Source: Candidatus Rokubacteria bacterium 13_1_40CM_68_15 (GTDB lineage: Bacteria; Methylomirabilota; Methylomirabilia; Rokubacteriales; CSP1-6). From it: a stretch of 64,000 nt of DNA. Below the pieces are notes generated by a model that had not been told where the DNA came from, searched no databases, and saw only the letters and a list, made by a program, of their open reading frames with translations. The stretch spans positions 4,505 to 68,504 of the forward strand of contig MNEG01000028.1 of assembly GCA_001917585.1 (NCBI GenBank), read 5' to 3'. A program made the translations under genes and the position numbers. Every line of letters starts with the position of its first letter. Position 1 is the stretch's first letter. Below, one piece after another: positions 35,332 through 45,949 of this stretch.

Positions 35332-35919
35332 TTAGCTGCAGGGCGTCCCGGTCTTGGCCGGAGCTTTGTCAGCCGGATACACGGCCGCCGCTGGCGACGT
35401 CGTGGTGCCGCCGCTCGAGCTCTCAGGCTTCTGGTAGAAGACGGCCTTCACGCGCTCCTGCTTGCCCCCCTGGACGACGCTGCGATCCTGGCTCAGGAAG
35501 ATCGTGATGGTCTCGCCGGTAACCACGTTATCTTCTTGCCAGACACGCGCATTGCCGATCAGCACCATCCGCTGCTCGAGGTCAAAATATTCGACGCGGC
35601 GGGCCGTCCCCATCTTGCAGTCCTTGGTTGTGATCCGCACGGCGCCGGTGGACACGGTGCGCAGGACCTTGTCACCCTTCTCGTCGAGATAGACCTCCAT
35701 GCGGTCGGCGTATTGCACCGAACCGTTCTGGCGGGCGACGACGTTGCCGGTGAAGATCACCAGGCTTTCCTTGCCGTAGCGCTCCATCCGGTCGGCATCG
35801 ATCGTCAGCGGCTGGCCGCGGTCCTCGGATTTCCGGGTCTCGGGCTTGCCACCGGGAGCGGCGGGTGCCGTGGGCGCCTGGGCGGCGGCGAACCCGGCTG
35901 CGAGTAGTGGAACGAGCAT
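35332..35919 (-). CDS. lptA: LPS transport periplasmic protein LptA (OstA-like)
   Basis: Signal peptide MLVPLLAAGFAAAQA followed by an OstA N-terminal-type beta-jellyroll. Start placed inside the longer track ORF, which overlaps lptC. Confidence 0.7.
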   Translation of the reverse strand: MLVPLLAAGFAAAQAPTAPAAPGGKPETRKSEDRGQPLTIDADRMERYGKESLVIFTGNVVARQNGSVQYADRMEVYLDEKGDKVLRTVSTGAVRITTKDCKMGTARRVEYFDLEQRMVLIGNARVWQEDNVVTGETITIFLSQDRSVVQGGKQERVKAVFYQKPESSSGGTTTSPAAAVYPADKAPAKTGTPCS

Positions 35920-35945
35920 CACGGCCGCCGGAACCAGGCGAGCCC

Positions 35946-36515
35946 TCACTTCCCCGTCCCGCGCGCGAACGTCGCGTTGACCCGGCCCTTTACCGTGGTG
36001 GCCTCGCCGTCCATGTTGACGTCGAGCGCTGTGCCGTGGATGACCGCGTTCTCCCGGATGATTTTCACGGGAGCGTCTGTCCACAGCCGACGCTCCGACC
36101 CCAGCCAGCGCAGGACCGTTGTCTCCAGGCGCAGGCCGTCGTCGGATGTCAGCACGACGTTGCGCCGCACTTCGAGGTTCTTGCTCTCCTTGAAGAGGTC
36201 CCCCTCGTCGCCCACAATCGTCCAGTTCTTTTCCTTGTCCTTGACGTACACGGTCACCTTGCGAAGCGCGGTCCGCCCCTCCTGATCGAACACCTGAGCT
36301 TGATCGGCGAGGAGCCGCCAGTGGCCACCCCCCGCGGACTCCTCCTGAAGTTCCACTTCCTTGATGCTGAGATCCGCCGCTGTGGGCGCGGGCCCACCAG
36401 CCTCCGTCCGCACGTTCCGGCTCTTCGTGACGAGCACCACCGCCACGACGAGCACGAATGCGGCGACGACGATCAGGATGCGACTCGCTAGACGTTGCAT
36501 CGCAAATGCGTGCAA
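35946..36515 (-). CDS. lptC: LPS export system protein LptC
   Basis: 189 aa with one N-terminal TM anchor and a periplasmic LptC fold. Position between kdsD and lptA matches the conserved cluster. Confidence 0.75.
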   Translation of the reverse strand: MHAFAMQRLASRILIVVAAFVLVVAVVLVTKSRNVRTEAGGPAPTAADLSIKEVELQEESAGGGHWRLLADQAQVFDQEGRTALRKVTVYVKDKEKNWTIVGDEGDLFKESKNLEVRRNVVLTSDDGLRLETTVLRWLGSERRLWTDAPVKIIRENAVIHGTALDVNMDGEATTVKGRVNATFARGTGK

Positions 36516-36575
36516 ATTCGGTACCAGCCTATCACACGCTTTGCGACTGAGGACAAGCAGATTTTGAACTGGGAG

Positions 36576-37544
36576 CTAAATGTCGATTTTTGCGCGCAGG
36601 ATATCGTGCAGATGAATCACGCCGACGGGGCGTTGATCGCCGTCCACGATCCCCAGGCTCGTGATGGCGAACGTCTCCATCACCTCGAGGGCTTTCGCGG
36701 CGAGGTCGGCGGCGTCGATGCGTTTGGCCCCGCGGGTGGCGACGCGTCCGGCCGCCAATTCCGCGATCGGCTCACCAGCGAGATAGAGGCGGCGCAGATC
36801 ACCGTCCGTGATGACGCCGACGAGGCAGCCGGTCCGGTCCACCACGGTGGTCATGCCCAGGCGCTTGCTCGTCATCTCGACGAAGACGTCCTTCATGCGG
36901 ACGTCCTCGCGCACGATCGGCACGGCGTCGCCAGTGTGCATGAGATCGGCCACGCGAACGAGGGCTCGCCACCCCAGCGTGCCGCGAGGATGGAGGGCGG
37001 CGAAGTCTTCCGGCCTCAGTCCGCGCCGCTCGAGCAGCACCATGGCCAGCGCGTCGCCGAGCGCGAGCGCCGCCGCCGTGCTGGACGTCGGCGCCAGGTT
37101 CATCGGGCACGCCTCCTCGGACACGCTGGCATCGAGCACGACCTCGCACTGGCGGGCCAGTGTGGACTGGGGATTGCCGGTCAGGAGCACGATCGGCACG
37201 CCGAGCCGCTTGAGCGGCGGCACGATGGCCAGCACCTCGTCGGTCTCGCCCGAGTTCGACAACGCGAGCACGACGTCCCCGCGCGCGACCATTCCGAGGT
37301 CGCCGTGGACGCCTTCGGCCGGGTGCAGGAAATAAGCAGGCGTCCCGGTCGAGGCGAGAGTGGCGGCGATCTTTCGCCCGATGATGCCGGATTTCCCCAT
37401 CCCGGTCACGATGACGCGGCCCGAGCAACCGTGCAGCAGCGCGACGGCCTGATCGAGGCGATCGTCGAGCTTGGCGATGAGGGCCAGGATCGCTTCCGCC
37501 TCCAGGCGCAGGACGCGTTCGGCGAGCCGGCGGGCGTCGGTCAT
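36576..37544 (-). CDS. kdsD: Arabinose-5-phosphate isomerase (SIS + tandem CBS; KdsD/GutQ)
   Basis: [26 protein letters not shown]… SIS domain with a C-terminal CBS pair. Confidence 0.88.
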   Translation of the reverse strand: MTDARRLAERVLRLEAEAILALIAKLDDRLDQAVALLHGCSGRVIVTGMGKSGIIGRKIAATLASTGTPAYFLHPAEGVHGDLGMVARGDVVLALSNSGETDEVLAIVPPLKRLGVPIVLLTGNPQSTLARQCEVVLDASVSEEACPMNLAPTSSTAAALALGDALAMVLLERRGLRPEDFAALHPRGTLGWRALVRVADLMHTGDAVPIVREDVRMKDVFVEMTSKRLGMTTVVDRTGCLVGVITDGDLRRLYLAGEPIAELAAGRVATRGAKRIDAADLAAKALEVMETFAITSLGIVDGDQRPVGVIHLHDILRAKIDI

Positions 37545-38389
37545 CCGCGGACTGCCGTCGTGATGGCCCGGAGCTCGCGGAGCAGGCGCGGCAACTCGTC
37601 GATCCTCAACATGTTGGGACCATCGGAGAGTGGGCGCCCGTCGTCGAGCGTGCGGTCCGGATCCTCGTGCATCTCCATGAACAGCGCGTCGACGCCAACG
37701 GCGACGGCGGCCCGGGCGAGCGCCGGCACGTACTGCCGCTCGCCGCCCGAGCGGTCGCCACCCGCCCCAGGCAATTGGACCGAGTGGGTGGCATCGAACA
37801 CCACCGGATACCCGAACGCGCGCATCTGGAGCAGCCCGCGCATGTCGACCACGAGGTTGTGGTAACCGAAGCTGGTGCCGCGCTCGGTCAGCAGGACACC
37901 GCGATTGCCCGTGCTGAGCACTTTGTCCACGACGTTCTTCATGTCACCGGGCGCCAGGAACTGACCCTTCTTCACGTTGACGGGCTTGCCGGTGCGCGCC
38001 GCCGCCACGACCAGATCGGTCTGGCGACAGAGAAACGCCGGAATCTGGAGCACGTCGAGGACCTCGGCGGCCGGGCCGACTTCCTCGACCTGGTGCACGT
38101 CGGACAGGACAGGCACGCCGACCGCGTCGCGAACCCGGCGGAGAATACGCAGCCCCTCCTCGAGCCCGGGACCGCGATAGCCGCCGATCGACGACCGGTT
38201 GGCCTTGTCGTACGACGACTTGTAGATGAACGGCACGCCGTGGTCGGTGGCGATGGCGGCCAGGCGCTCGGCCGTCATCAGGGCGTGCTTCTCGTTCTCG
38301 ATCGCGCAGGGGCCGCCGATCAGCACCAGCGGCTGGCCGCCGCCGATCGTGATCGAGCCGACACGCACCTCGTGCGTCGGCACGTTCAC
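37541..38389 (-). CDS. kdsA: 3-deoxy-8-phosphooctulonate (KDO-8-P) synthase
   Basis: …[15 protein letters not shown]…[14 protein letters not shown]…. GTG start overlaps the pyrG stop in a GTGA arrangement. Confidence 0.88.
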   Translation of the reverse strand: MNVPTHEVRVGSITIGGGQPLVLIGGPCAIENEKHALMTAERLAAIATDHGVPFIYKSSYDKANRSSIGGYRGPGLEEGLRILRRVRDAVGVPVLSDVHQVEEVGPAAEVLDVLQIPAFLCRQTDLVVAAARTGKPVNVKKGQFLAPGDMKNVVDKVLSTGNRGVLLTERGTSFGYHNLVVDMRGLLQMRAFGYPVVFDATHSVQLPGAGGDRSGGERQYVPALARAAVAVGVDALFMEMHEDPDRTLDDGRPLSDGPNMLRIDELPRLLRELRAITTAVRG

Positions 38390-39987
38390 GCGCTGCGGTG
38401 CTTCAGCGCCGCCCGCACGAACGCGGCGAAGAGCGGGTGTGGATCCCACGGCCGCGACCGGAACTCGGGGTGGAACTGTCCGGCCACGAAGTACGGGTGA
38501 TCCGCGACCTCGATGATCTCGACCAGCTCCTTCTCGGCCCAGATGCCCGAGAAGCGCAAGCCGTTCTTCTCGAGCTCCTTCAGGTAATCGTTGTTGACCT
38601 CGTAGCGATGGCGGTGGCGCTCGTGGATGATCGACTGTCCGTAGATCCGGGCCGCCGAGCTGCCCTCGGCGAGCACCACCGGATAGAGGCCGAGGCGCAT
38701 GGTGCCACCCTTGTCGGCGACGCCGCGCTGCTCGGGGAGCAGGTCGATGACCGGATGCGGGGTCGCCGGATCGAATTCGGTGGAGTTGGCGCCGCCGAGC
38801 CCGCAGACGTGCCGGGCGTACTCGATGACCGCGCACTGCATGCCCAGACAGATGCCGAAGTAGGGTACACCGCGCTCGCGGGCGTAGCGGACGGCCGTGA
38901 TCTTGCCCTCGATACCGCGGTCACCGAATCCGCCCGGCACCAGGATCCCGTGGACGTCGGCGAAGTGGGCGGCTGGGCCATCACGCTCGATGTGCTCGGC
39001 GTCCACCCAGGACACGTCGACGCGCGAGTCGTTGGCGATGCCGCCGTGGATGAGCGCCTCGATCAAGCTCTTGTAGGAGTCCTTCAGCTCGATGTACTTC
39101 CCCACCACGGCAATTCGTGTCTCGTGACGCGGTGACGTCACGCGCTTGACGACGTCTTCCCATCGCGTGAGATCCGTGGGCCGGGGCTCCAGCCCGAGCA
39201 GCTTGACGATGATGTCGTCGAGACCCTGGCGATGGAAGACCAGCGGCACCTCGTACACCGTCTCGACGTCCTTGGCCGTGATGACGGCCTCCTCCTCCAC
39301 GTCGCAGAACAGAGCGATCTTCGACTTGATGCCGGGCGGCAGGTAGCGATCGGTCCGGCACAGAAGAATATCGGGCTGGATGCCGATGGCGCGTAGCTCC
39401 TTGACGGAATGCTGGGTCGCCTTCGTCTTCAACTCCTGGGCCGCCTGCATGAAGGGCACCAGCGTGAGGTGAACGTAGATGACGTTGTCCTTGCCGACGT
39501 CCTTCTTGAACTGGCGGATGGCCTCCAGGAACGGCAGGCTCTCGATGTCGCCGACGGTCCCACCCACCTCCACGATGACGACGTCCACGTCGCCCGAGAC
39601 GCGGTGGATGGCGGCCTTGATCTCGTCCGTGATGTGCGGGATCACCTGCACCGTCCGCCCCAGGTAGTCGCCGCGCCGCTCCTTCTGGATCACCGAGAAG
39701 TAGACCTTGCCGGTGGTCACGTTGTGGTTCCGCGTCACCCGCACCGACGTGAACCGCTCGTAGTGACCGAGGTCGAGATCGGTCTCGCCACCGTCGTCGG
39801 TCACGAAGACCTCGCCGTGCTGATAGGGGCTCATCGTCCCGGCATCGACGTTGATGTACGGGTCCATTTTCTGGAGCGTGACGCGGTAGCCGCGCGCTTC
39901 GAGGAGCGAGCCCATCGACGCTGACGCCAAACCCTTGCCCAGGGAGGAGACCACGCCGCCGGTCACGAAGATGAACTTTGGACCCAC
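38386..39987 (-). CDS. pyrG: CTP synthase
   Basis: 533 aa; [19 protein letters not shown]… with a C-terminal GATase domain. Confidence 0.93.
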   Translation of the reverse strand: MGPKFIFVTGGVVSSLGKGLASASMGSLLEARGYRVTLQKMDPYINVDAGTMSPYQHGEVFVTDDGGETDLDLGHYERFTSVRVTRNHNVTTGKVYFSVIQKERRGDYLGRTVQVIPHITDEIKAAIHRVSGDVDVVIVEVGGTVGDIESLPFLEAIRQFKKDVGKDNVIYVHLTLVPFMQAAQELKTKATQHSVKELRAIGIQPDILLCRTDRYLPPGIKSKIALFCDVEEEAVITAKDVETVYEVPLVFHRQGLDDIIVKLLGLEPRPTDLTRWEDVVKRVTSPRHETRIAVVGKYIELKDSYKSLIEALIHGGIANDSRVDVSWVDAEHIERDGPAAHFADVHGILVPGGFGDRGIEGKITAVRYARERGVPYFGICLGMQCAVIEYARHVCGLGGANSTEFDPATPHPVIDLLPEQRGVADKGGTMRLGLYPVVLAEGSSAARIYGQSIIHERHRHRYEVNNDYLKELEKNGLRFSGIWAEKELVEIIEVADHPYFVAGQFHPEFRSRPWDPHPLFAAFVRAALKHRSA

Positions 39988-39988
39988 G

Positions 39989-41638
39989 TCATCCCTCCTT
40001 CCGGCTCAAGAAGTCTTGCACGAATTCCATCTCACTGTCGCGGTTCGCCACCCGCCCATCGAGACGCGCGTCACGGAGGGCGCGCAACGCCTCGGCCACG
40101 CGCGGTCCGGGCGCAACGCCGACAGCGACGATGTCATCGCCGCCGAGCGCCGGCCGGGCCGTCCGCGCGGTCGGGACGAACCACTCGACGTCCCCGCGCG
40201 CCACCCCACCCGCGAGCCACGTCGCCAGGATCTCGAGGTCGCTGAGTCCCCAGAGGGGCCGCGCGCGATCACTGGGCCGCGCCCCGTGAGGAGCCGGCGT
40301 CACCGGCCGAGCGAGCGCACGCTCGATGCGGGCTCGCGGCTCGCCCGTGATCGCGAGACGGTCGAGCGCCGCCCGGGTGACCGTCGACGGCTGACCGCTC
40401 AACCCCACGACCGCCGCCACCTCGATCGCCGACGGTGTCACGCCGTGGGCGTGAGACCACGCGAGTGCCGCGGGCAGGCGCCGCGCGCGGTCGGCGATTG
40501 CCTTCGTGAAGCGATAGTCAGCGGCGAGCAGCCGGAACACGCCGGCGGTGCCGAGCTGTCGAAAGGCCACGTCCGGCCGCTGATCGGCGACGATCAGGGC
40601 AAGCTCGGCGGCCAGGCGCTGCCCGCTCACCGCCGCGTACGGCGCCAGCCGCAGCGCGAGGCCGACGGCGCGAGTCGTCCAGGCGTCCAGTATGAAGCCG
40701 AGACGGGCTGCGTAACGCGCCGCTCGGAAGAGACGGGTTGGATCCTCGACGAACGAGAGCGGATGCAGCACGGTGATACGCCGCTGCGCGAGCGCGGCGC
40801 GGCCGCCGAAGGGATCGAGGATGCCGTACCCACCGGACGCGAGCTCGACCGCCATCGCGTTGATGGTGAAGTCACGCCGGCCGAGGTCCTCCCCGATGCT
40901 GGCCGGCATCACGCGGGGCAGTGCGCCTGGTGTCTCGTAGCGCTCGGAACGCGCCGTGGCGATGTCCACGCGGGCATGCCGCGGCGACGTGAGCGAGGCC
41001 GTGAGGAATCGTGCGTGTTCGGTGAGCCCACCGGTCGCCACACCGACGGCGGCGGCGAGCGCCCGCGCGACGGCGAGCCCGTCCCCTTCCACGACGACGT
41101 CGAGGTCGCGAGTGGCGAGCGGCCCCGGCATCCGGAGCGCATCGCGCACGACGCCGCCGACGAGGAACGCGGCGGCCTTCTGTTCGCGGGCGACCGGACC
41201 GAGCCTGGCCAGCGCGTCGCGCGCAACGGCGTCGAGGCGCTCGGGGAATCGCGGCGACAAGCTCGTCGTCATCGTCGCCGCCGGTGCACCGACGGCGCCA
41301 AGCGCGCCGTGCCGGCCATCGCGAACGATCACCACGGGCGCCCCCGCGGCGAGATGGCGTCGCACGGCGATCTCGCTCACGCGGCTCTCCACGACGGGCA
41401 CGGGCCGCGCCAGCATGGACGCCGGCAATTCATCGAGACCCACGCGGGCCGCCCGCGCCAGGTCGTCGCGAAGAATCCAGACGCGGCCGTCTGCGCTGAC
41501 TGCCACCGCTTGCCGCCGGCGTGCGAGGCGGAGCGCGTCGCCGACGCGGGCGCGACGCGGGACGCTCGCCACCGGCGCATCGACCAGAGCCGCCGCGCCG
41601 GGATCGACCTGGGGGTACGCGTGCGCGCGTTTGGCCAT
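39989..41638 (-). CDS. cca: tRNA nucleotidyltransferase / poly(A) polymerase family protein (CCA-adding type) with an N-terminal CBS-like extension
   Basis: Pol-beta head domain (GGVVRD…DLDVVVEG…[10 protein letters not shown]) preceded by a ~130-aa CBS-like region. Confidence 0.7.
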   Translation of the reverse strand: MAKRAHAYPQVDPGAAALVDAPVASVPRRARVGDALRLARRRQAVAVSADGRVWILRDDLARAARVGLDELPASMLARPVPVVESRVSEIAVRRHLAAGAPVVIVRDGRHGALGAVGAPAATMTTSLSPRFPERLDAVARDALARLGPVAREQKAAAFLVGGVVRDALRMPGPLATRDLDVVVEGDGLAVARALAAAVGVATGGLTEHARFLTASLTSPRHARVDIATARSERYETPGALPRVMPASIGEDLGRRDFTINAMAVELASGGYGILDPFGGRAALAQRRITVLHPLSFVEDPTRLFRAARYAARLGFILDAWTTRAVGLALRLAPYAAVSGQRLAAELALIVADQRPDVAFRQLGTAGVFRLLAADYRFTKAIADRARRLPAALAWSHAHGVTPSAIEVAAVVGLSGQPSTVTRAALDRLAITGEPRARIERALARPVTPAPHGARPSDRARPLWGLSDLEILATWLAGGVARGDVEWFVPTARTARPALGGDDIVAVGVAPGPRVAEALRALRDARLDGRVANRDSEMEFVQDFLSRKEG

Positions 41639-41690
41639 CAGCGCCGTGCCGTCCGCGCGTGGTTCCGAGACCCGCTCTGATCATTAAGTC

Positions 41691-41715
41691 GGGGGGACCC
41701 GTTCCGCTTCCCCCC
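41691..41715 (-). terminator. GC hairpin between xerD and cca
   Basis: GGGGGGA…TCCCCCC stem downstream of the xerD stop. Confidence 0.4.
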
Positions 41716-41762
41716 GATCCCCCCTCTTCGCGCGATCCTCGACGCCGCGGGTCGTCCGCCGC

Positions 41763-42695
41763 TCATGGGTTGGCTCGGGGATGGAACTGGTCGTACATGC
41801 GGCGGACCGTGGCCGACGGGAGGTGCGTGTAGATTTGCGTCGTCGCGATGTCGGCGTGGCCAAGCATCGCCTGCACCGCGCGGAGGTCGGCACCTCCCTC
41901 CAGCAAGTGGCTGGCGAAGGAGTGTCGCAGGACGTGCGGCGAGACCCGGCGGGTCAGGCCTGCCCGGCGGGCGGCGCGGCGCACGATGATCCAGAGCGCC
42001 TGCCGCGACAGTGCCCCACCGCGCGGATTCACGAACAACCGGCCGCCGTCGCGGCGGCGCGTGTCACGCGGCCGTCCGGTGGTCAGATAGCGCGAGAGCC
42101 AGGTCGCCGCCTCGGCGCCCAGCGGCACCAACCGCTGCTTGCGCCCCTTGCCGGTGCAGATCACGTATCCGGCGGTGAGATTGACGTCGTCGAGGTGGAG
42201 GCCGAGGCACTCGGACGCCCGCAGGCCCGTCGCGTAGAGCAGCTCGAGCAGCGCCCGATCGCGGAGGCCACGAGGCGTGGTCACGTCGGGGCTTTCCACC
42301 ACCGAGGCGGCGCCCCGTGGCGACAGCGTCTTCGGCAGCGGCCGCCCGATACGCGGACGCTCGACGTGCTCGGTCGGATCCCGCCGCAGATGTCCCTCGC
42401 GCACCAGGTGGCGGGCGAAGCTGCGGACGGCGGACAGCCGGCGCGCCACGCTCGACGCCTTCAGGCCCACCCGCGTGAGGTGCTCGAGATACGCGACGAC
42501 ATCCTCGGCTCCGGCCGACGTCAACGACCGCCGGCGACGGCGCAGCAAGGCCACGAAGTCCGAAAGGTCTCGGCGGTAAGCAGCGAGGGTGTGGCGGGAT
42601 GCGCCCTGCTCGGTCTGGAGGGCGGCGAGGAAATCTTCGACGGGGTCGGATCCGCTCCGCACGATCTGCTGGCGCGGGCTGAGCGGGGTGAGCAC
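41763..42695 (-). CDS. xerD: Tyrosine site-specific recombinase XerD/XerC
   Basis: 310 aa; C-terminal RHSFASHLLEGGADLRAVQAMLGHADIATTQIYTH catalytic region. Confidence 0.85.
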   Translation of the reverse strand: MLTPLSPRQQIVRSGSDPVEDFLAALQTEQGASRHTLAAYRRDLSDFVALLRRRRRSLTSAGAEDVVAYLEHLTRVGLKASSVARRLSAVRSFARHLVREGHLRRDPTEHVERPRIGRPLPKTLSPRGAASVVESPDVTTPRGLRDRALLELLYATGLRASECLGLHLDDVNLTAGYVICTGKGRKQRLVPLGAEAATWLSRYLTTGRPRDTRRRDGGRLFVNPRGGALSRQALWIIVRRAARRAGLTRRVSPHVLRHSFASHLLEGGADLRAVQAMLGHADIATTQIYTHLPSATVRRMYDQFHPRANP

Positions 42696-42706
42696 GGCGG
42701 ATTATA

Positions 42707-44266
42707 TCAGCGCGAGCGGCGCGACGGCAACATCGCCGCCAGCGCATTCCTTTCGGAGGCGGCCAACGCGCCGCTGGCGAGCCAGAACGCGAGCGCACCA
42801 CCCGCGATGGCTCCGGCCAGCCAGGCGGCCTCGACTGAGCGCGTCGCCGCTGGCGGCCACAACCGAAGGAGCAGCGCACACCAGGCGGCCAGCGCGAGCG
42901 AGGCGGTCGCCGTGCGCCCGAGGCTCCAGGCGATGGAGCGGACACCGAGGGCGCCGAAGCGGCGGCGCGCGATGATCACGAGAAACACCAGATTCGCGTA
43001 GGCGCCGATCGACGACGCCAGGGCAAGGCCGCCGTGGGCGAGCGGCGCCATCAGCATCAGCGCGGCGGCCACGTTGACGGCGACGGACAGGATGCCGAGC
43101 TTCACGGCGGTGGAGGCAGCGCCGATCGCGTAGAACGCCTGGGCCACGATGCGGGCGCCGGAAAATCCCGCGAGCCCGACGGCGTACCAGAGCAGCGCCT
43201 GCGCCGTCGCCACCGTGTCGGTCGCGGTGAATTGTCCGCGCTCGAAGAGGACCCGGGTGATGGGCGTTCGCAGCATGACCAGCCCGACCGTCGCCGGGAC
43301 CGCGACGTAGAAGCCGAGCCGCAGCGAGAAGTTCAGCGTGGCGGCGAGGCCTCGGTGATCCCCCTGAGCAGCCTGACGGGCCATCGTCGGCAGCGAGGCC
43401 GACGCGAGGGCGATACCGAACACGCCCAGCGGGAATTCCATGACCCGGTCGGCGTAGTAGAGGAAAGAGATGCTGCCCGGCGGCAGCAGCGAGGCCAGCA
43501 GCGTGTTCACGAAGACGGAGACCTGGACGGCGGCGAGACCGAAGACCGCCGGCAGCAGCAAGCGAGTCACGCGACCGAGGGCGGGATGACAGAGATCGTG
43601 GGCCGGCCCCACGAGAAGCTGGCAGCGGACCAGGCTGGGGATCTGGACCACGAGCTGGGCGACGCCGCCGATGAGGACGCCGATGGCCAGGGCCAGGATC
43701 GGCGGCTGCAGGTGTCGGGCAAAGAGGACGACACCGGCGATCATTCCGACGTTCAGGAGGGCGGGCCCGATGGACGCCGCGAAGAAGCGGCCATGGATCT
43801 GGAGCACGCCCATGGCGAGGGCGGCCAGGCCGACCAGTGGGAGATACGGGAACATCACGCGGGTCAGGAGCACGGCCAGGTCGGCCTGGACCGGGTCATC
43901 GCTGAACCCGGGCGCGATGACCCGAAGGATCCACGGCGCGCCCGCGATGCCGACGATCGTCGTGAGGCCGAGCGCGAGGATCGCCGCCCCCAGCACGGCC
44001 CTCAGCATCGTGATCAGCTCGTCGCGCGACCGTGTCTCGACGTACTCGCTGAAGACCGGGACCACGGCGGTGGAGAGCGCGCCTTCGGCGAGCAGACGGC
44101 GCAACATGTTCGGGATGCGGAACGCCACGAAGAACGCGTCCGTGACTGGGCCGGCGCCGAAGACCAGCGCGACCACCATGTCCCGGACGAACCCGAGGAT
44201 GCGCGAGAGCAGCGTCGCCCCGCTGATGGAGCCGAGCGCGCGGACGACTTGACGCTCCACGCTCAT
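42707..44266 (-). CDS. murJ: Lipid II flippase MurJ (MviN)
   Basis: 519 aa polytopic; N-terminal LLSRILGFVRDMVVALVFGAG…AFFVAFRIPN motifs. Confidence 0.88.
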   Translation of the reverse strand: MSVERQVVRALGSISGATLLSRILGFVRDMVVALVFGAGPVTDAFFVAFRIPNMLRRLLAEGALSTAVVPVFSEYVETRSRDELITMLRAVLGAAILALGLTTIVGIAGAPWILRVIAPGFSDDPVQADLAVLLTRVMFPYLPLVGLAALAMGVLQIHGRFFAASIGPALLNVGMIAGVVLFARHLQPPILALAIGVLIGGVAQLVVQIPSLVRCQLLVGPAHDLCHPALGRVTRLLLPAVFGLAAVQVSVFVNTLLASLLPPGSISFLYYADRVMEFPLGVFGIALASASLPTMARQAAQGDHRGLAATLNFSLRLGFYVAVPATVGLVMLRTPITRVLFERGQFTATDTVATAQALLWYAVGLAGFSGARIVAQAFYAIGAASTAVKLGILSVAVNVAAALMLMAPLAHGGLALASSIGAYANLVFLVIIARRRFGALGVRSIAWSLGRTATASLALAAWCALLLRLWPPAATRSVEAAWLAGAIAGGALAFWLASGALAASERNALAAMLPSRRSR

Positions 44267-44360
44267 GGCGCCGAGACCATCCGAGGATCATTGTCCTGGA
44301 AATCGCGACACGGATACGGCATCATGCAGGCCGACGTCTCGACCAGGAAGGAGTCATCAG

Positions 44361-44621
44361 TTGGCGAACACCAAGTCGGCCATGAAGCGGATTCGGCAGA
44401 GCGAGAACCGCCGGCTCCGCAACCGTACCGTCCGCTCCAAGGTCCGCACCGCCGTCAAGACGGCGCGCAGCGCCGTCGCCGAGACGGCCGGTGACGCTCG
44501 CACTGCGGTTCTCGACGCCATCCGGGCGCTCGACAAGGCGGTCACGAAGGGTGTCATCCACCGCAACACGGCCGCCCGCAAGAAGTCCGCGCTCGCCCGC
44601 CGTCTGGCCGCGCACAAGTAG
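44361..44621 (+). CDS. rpsT: 30S ribosomal protein S20
   Basis: TTG start (M)ANTKSAMKRIRQSENRRLRNR… with a GGAAGGAG ribosome-binding site 7 nt upstream. The stop is 2 nt from the convergent hydrolase stop. Confidence 0.85.
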   Translation: MANTKSAMKRIRQSENRRLRNRTVRSKVRTAVKTARSAVAETAGDARTAVLDAIRALDKAVTKGVIHRNTAARKKSALARRLAAHK

Positions 44622-44623
44622 TC

Positions 44624-45949
44624 TCAGCGGTTCTGGCCGTCGGCCAGGCGGTGGAGCAGTCCGACGGCCGCGCGGGCCACTCGCTCGCCGGCCCCGGGTC
44701 CGTACACGCTCGCGCACGCGACGTAGCTTGGCTTGACCGCGTCTTTCGGCGTGAGGAAATATCCGAGATAGTCGTTCGCCACTCCGGCCACGAAGACACG
44801 CTCCCACGCTGGAGCGCCGCCTCGCTTCACCGATTCGCCGAGCTCGGACTGGAGCTCGCCGGGAATCGCCACCCAGGCCGCACGTCCGACGCCCACGGCC
44901 ACCAGCTCCGTCTGGTCAGGAAACGCGCTGCCGAGGGGAACGGTCAACCCGGCCGGGAGCCAGCCAACGATGCAGTTGCGGAGGGAGACGCGCGGCTTCG
45001 GCATCGTCAGCGTCAACGTCCGCGCTCGCAGCTGTGCTCGGGGCGTCGTGGGAGTCTTCGTCCACGCGGCGACCACCGCTGACGCCAGCTCGCTGCTCGC
45101 CGGCTTGACCTCGGCGAGGCCGTGGCGAGCCGGGCTCACGTCCCCGACCGCCCCGTTGACGAAGAGCGCCGGTGCCTGCAGCTCGCGCTCGATGCCGTGG
45201 GACGCCATGCCCATGACATCGCCGGAGAGCTTGAGATTGGCCGGGCCGAGCATCGTGCCGTGAATCGCGTAGTTCCAGAGAACGGCGATCGGGGCCCCCG
45301 CGGGCGTGACGACCTTCAGGATCGCGAGCGTTTGATCCACTGGCCTGTCCAGACGTCCGGTCGTCAAGGCCGGGCCGGGTGCCGCCAGGACGCCGGCGTG
45401 CGCCGGTGACTTCGCGGCCTCCGCCCGTCGCACGGCCTCCACGATCGCGCCCACGAGCGCATCGCGAACCTCGGCATCTTCTCGGTCCACGCTGAGGGCA
45501 GCGAGCAGGCGCGAGTCGAGAAACGCGCCCGGGCCCGAATGCGTGTGCGAGGCGGCGACGACGAGGGTGGCGGCGGGAGCGCCGGCCTCGCTGAGCCCGC
45601 GCTTGATGCGCATCGTGAAGCCGCGGTCCACGGCGATCAGGTCGGCGGTGATCCACACCACGCGCGTCTCGGCGGTCTCCAGAACCAGCGCCCGGGCGAC
45701 GACGGGATCGAGCACGCCATCATGAGGCCGGAACCAGAACGCGTGGGGGAAACGCCCGAAGACATCGGGAGCGATGAGGCGGCGCGCCCAGCTACCGTAA
45801 CCGGCGAGCGGCGTGCCCGCCGGCACCGGCAGGGTCACCGTGGCCGCGCCCGCCTGCAGGCAGTCGGGGCAGCGCTCCGCCGAGGTGGCGGGAACGACGG
45901 CGAGCAGCACGATCGCGGCGGCGGCGACGCTGCGCCGCGCCGCGGTCAC
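44624..45949 (-). CDS. Secreted neutral/alkaline ceramidase N-terminal-domain-like hydrolase
   Basis: Signal peptide, then an ASHTHSGPG motif typical of the neutral ceramidase catalytic domain. 441 aa. Last gene of the leuS operon. Confidence 0.5.
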   Translation of the reverse strand: MTAARRSVAAAAIVLLAVVPATSAERCPDCLQAGAATVTLPVPAGTPLAGYGSWARRLIAPDVFGRFPHAFWFRPHDGVLDPVVARALVLETAETRVVWITADLIAVDRGFTMRIKRGLSEAGAPAATLVVAASHTHSGPGAFLDSRLLAALSVDREDAEVRDALVGAIVEAVRRAEAAKSPAHAGVLAAPGPALTTGRLDRPVDQTLAILKVVTPAGAPIAVLWNYAIHGTMLGPANLKLSGDVMGMASHGIERELQAPALFVNGAVGDVSPARHGLAEVKPASSELASAVVAAWTKTPTTPRAQLRARTLTLTMPKPRVSLRNCIVGWLPAGLTVPLGSAFPDQTELVAVGVGRAAWVAIPGELQSELGESVKRGGAPAWERVFVAGVANDYLGYFLTPKDAVKPSYVACASVYGPGAGERVARAAVGLLHRLADGQNR

